64,000 bases of DNA from Patescibacteria group bacterium UBA2773 (GTDB lineage: Bacteria; Patescibacteriota; Minisyncoccia; Moranbacterales; DUUL01). Below the pieces are notes generated by a model, which was given only the letters and a program-made list of their open reading frames with translations, was not told the DNA's origin and searched no databases. Shown here piece by piece: positions 63,001 to 64,000 of the stretch; position 1 is the first letter of the stretch, and every line of letters begins with the position of its first letter. The position numbers and the translations under genes were made by a program. Where the stretch lies: positions 64,777 through 128,776 of the forward strand of contig DEIN01000017.1 of the NCBI GenBank assembly GCA_002352465.1, given 5' to 3'.

Positions 63001-63774
63001 ACCGGATTTATAATAAAAAATGATACGAATTCATATGTTGTAGGTTTATATAATTACTACTCTGTTGTTGAATGGTTGGAGGTTACCGGAGTCGGAGCGG
63101 ATACAACTTATCACAATGGTGTTGGAATGAGTCGATACTCTACCGCTAGAAATTTGATTGTTCATGATATAGTAACAAACGATGGAGGTGATCTTGTGAC
63201 AGGTATATCAATGGGTTCTAATGGAGGAAGTTATATATATAACAATATTATTTATAATATTAAAAATTATTCTGCAACCGTCACAAAGAATCCGAACGGA
63301 ATCAAATACATAGGAACCTCTCCATTTATTTATAATAACACTGTCTACGGTATCGATGCTCCTAATAATCCTGGAAAAGGTACTGGTATTTTTGCAGGTC
63401 TGGGATTTGTTAAAAATAATATTGTAATTAACAGCGGATATGTGGATTTTAATATTATGGAAAGTGCAAATCATACTAATAATATATCTTCTGATGATAC
63501 GGCGCTGGGGTCGAATTCTCAAACCAGTGTAGCGTTAGCGGATTTGGATTTTGTGAGTACCACGGCGGGAACGGAAGATTTGCATATTGGTGAAGACTCA
63601 GTCGCGCGAAATGTGGGGACGGATTTGTCTTCGGTTTTTACACTGGACATTGATGGTTATGAGCGGGGAGTGGGATTGACTAGTTGGGATATTGGAGCGG
63701 ATGAGGTGAATGAATATACTACTACTATTAAGGGAGGGGTTAATATTAAGGGAGGGGTTAAGATTACTAATTAA
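60043..63774 (+). CDS. Giant (1243 aa) secreted protein with three tandem ~386-aa beta-helix-like modules, each containing AECYNDWPSGLDD
   Basis: The leader has VAGRKKFRF. Modules 2 and 3 are near-identical at the DNA level (61378-61755 vs 62536-62913). Each module ends with DIDG..RD.DGEG.DIGADE. The C-terminus is IKGGVNIKGGVKITN. Confidence 0.7.
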   Translation: MFIMKKIKISLIFFIYFIALASARGFLGVYSVAGRKKFRFLKPLLVSFIFFFGLAITSPAYGATEFISTIRSSGGDYTTLSGWESANQTDLTASTTKVFSHGGITGAIADTDTVTGKNSGATASVVHTTTDQILLETISGTFQSGEQIYVTLDTIYVTISDAGDSAIAVAECYNDWPSGLDDSVNIDGWTTGVNNYVKIYTPESERHNGKIFNGTDYTGFALKSTQVGNVIDLSANYSRIDGLIIDAAHVDVEDGISEEGALLDHFISNNILYRSVGNNDNGIYTYSTSSINRTIVWNNIVICGDSNTWSSGINTNHGDIQNNTVYNCTNGITQSIDYPNKLNNNISVDNSSADYLLSAGSWQVDSSNNISSDTTAPEANSQTSVALADLDFVSTTLGSEDFHIGADSVALNAGVDLSSTFTDDIDGQTRDMDGEGFDIGADEGQQDFISKIRVNTESDWDFDKLSTWEDAIESDLTATTSKIYTVSDTGTFDDTTDQEQAVTFTGGGTGTLLDINSSGVAYITGVSGTVQAGIVTVDTNSHTFTISDTGAKVGRAVAECYNDWPSGLEDNFWISGWTTSATNYVKVYTLASERHDGWTWTDDTQTVYSGFAVVNNSIYCTIRASNYYTQIEGVIVNQNNKGGGTYSGLRLGDYVKADSIIAFNSPKAGVMTVPGTWTNPLYLSNILVYDNNYGIYNGYGVRLYNVTAVNNTSYGIYKNNLLTTYLKNVLAYDNGIKDFYNSGSGDFDVLNCASSDDTADDFGGSGNRIDQEFSFVDEDNDDFHLALDDTGARNFGTDLSLDSTFPISTDIDGEVRDVDGEGWDIGADESGQDFVSKIRVNTESDWDFDKLSTWEDAIESDLTATTSKIYTVSDTGTYSDTTDQSQAVTFTGGGTGTLLDINSSGVAYITGVSGTVTAGTVTVTSSSHTFTISDTGAKVGRAVAECYNDWPSGLDDRVDINGWITGVNNYVKVTSPSSERHTGVAGTGFIIKNDTNSYVVGLYNYYSVVEWLEVTGVGADTTYHNGVGMSRYSTARNLIVHDIVTNDGGDLVTGISMGSNGGSYIYNNIIYNIKNYSATVTKNPNGIKYIGTSPFIYNNTVYGIDAPNNPGKGTGIFAGLGFVKNNIVINSGYVDFNIMESANHTNNISSDDTALGSNSQTSVALADLDFVSTTAGTEDLHIGEDSVARNVGTDLSSVFTLDIDGYERGVGLTSWDIGADEVNEYTTTIKGGVNIKGGVKITN

Positions 63775-63779
63775 TTAAC

Positions 63780-64000
63780 AAGGATTGTTAATTACAAGAT
63801 ACAAGAAACAAGGACACCCACCTCCGCTAAAGCTACGGCGAGGCAAGCAAGAAATAAATAAATTAAGTCATAAAGGACACAAGATACAAGGACGCAAGAT
63901 ACAAACAAATTAAAAATTAAAATATTTAAATTTCAAATAAAAAGCTTCGCTTTGATAAGATATACAAGGACACCCACCTCCGCTAAAGCTACGGCGAGGC
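63780..64000. repeat. Repeat block at the window end (caaggacacaagatacaa-type plus MITE-like acacccacctccgctaaagctacggcgaggc, twice)
   Basis: It shares caaggacRcaagaWacaaacaaattaaaaatt...atttaaatttcaaa with 24671-24733. cacccacctccgctaaagctacggcgaggc occurs at 63817 and 63975. Confidence 0.6.

Noticed and set aside
22130-64000. Possible CRISPR array among the many short repeats.
   Set aside because: The repeats are palindromic/MITE-like, heterogeneous in sequence and irregularly spaced, with no repeat-spacer periodicity and no cas genes.

Overview
This is an AT-rich bacterial window whose gene content and architecture suggest a CPR/Patescibacteria-like organism (inference: small housekeeping genes, O-antigen-ligase/TPR membrane proteins, several giant secreted repeat proteins). 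The first ~33 kb is mostly core genes. These are a CaCA antiporter C-terminus, a DUF1294 protein, a NUDIX hydrolase, dnaE, gpmI, a ferredoxin, tRNA-His, a VanW protein, an Hsp20 protein and valS. They continue with an O-antigen ligase-like protein, a CCG-domain Fe-S protein, the infC-rpmI-rplT operon, smpB with tmRNA, the prmC-prfA pair, rpmE, a TPR membrane protein and an ABC transporter pair. The core block is interrupted at 15.7-20.3 kb by a single 1426-aa gene bracketed by ~158-bp direct repeats. Its C-terminus carries a Pol-beta-type nucleotidyltransferase signature. This is the best candidate for an acquired, undescribed function. The second half (33-64 kb) is accessory. It holds a DUF1566 protein, a 1633-aa multi-LamG protein and a REP-associated tyrosine transposase (RAYT) flanked by 36-bp perfect palindromes. 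It also holds a 3100-aa fibre-like repeat protein, a 1581-aa and a 1243-aa beta-helix/LamG giant protein that share modules and a conserved leader, and a RhuM-family gene. Intergenic space is saturated with at least four families of palindromic or MITE-like repeats. The tmRNA is unusually long. No CRISPR array or rRNA is present.
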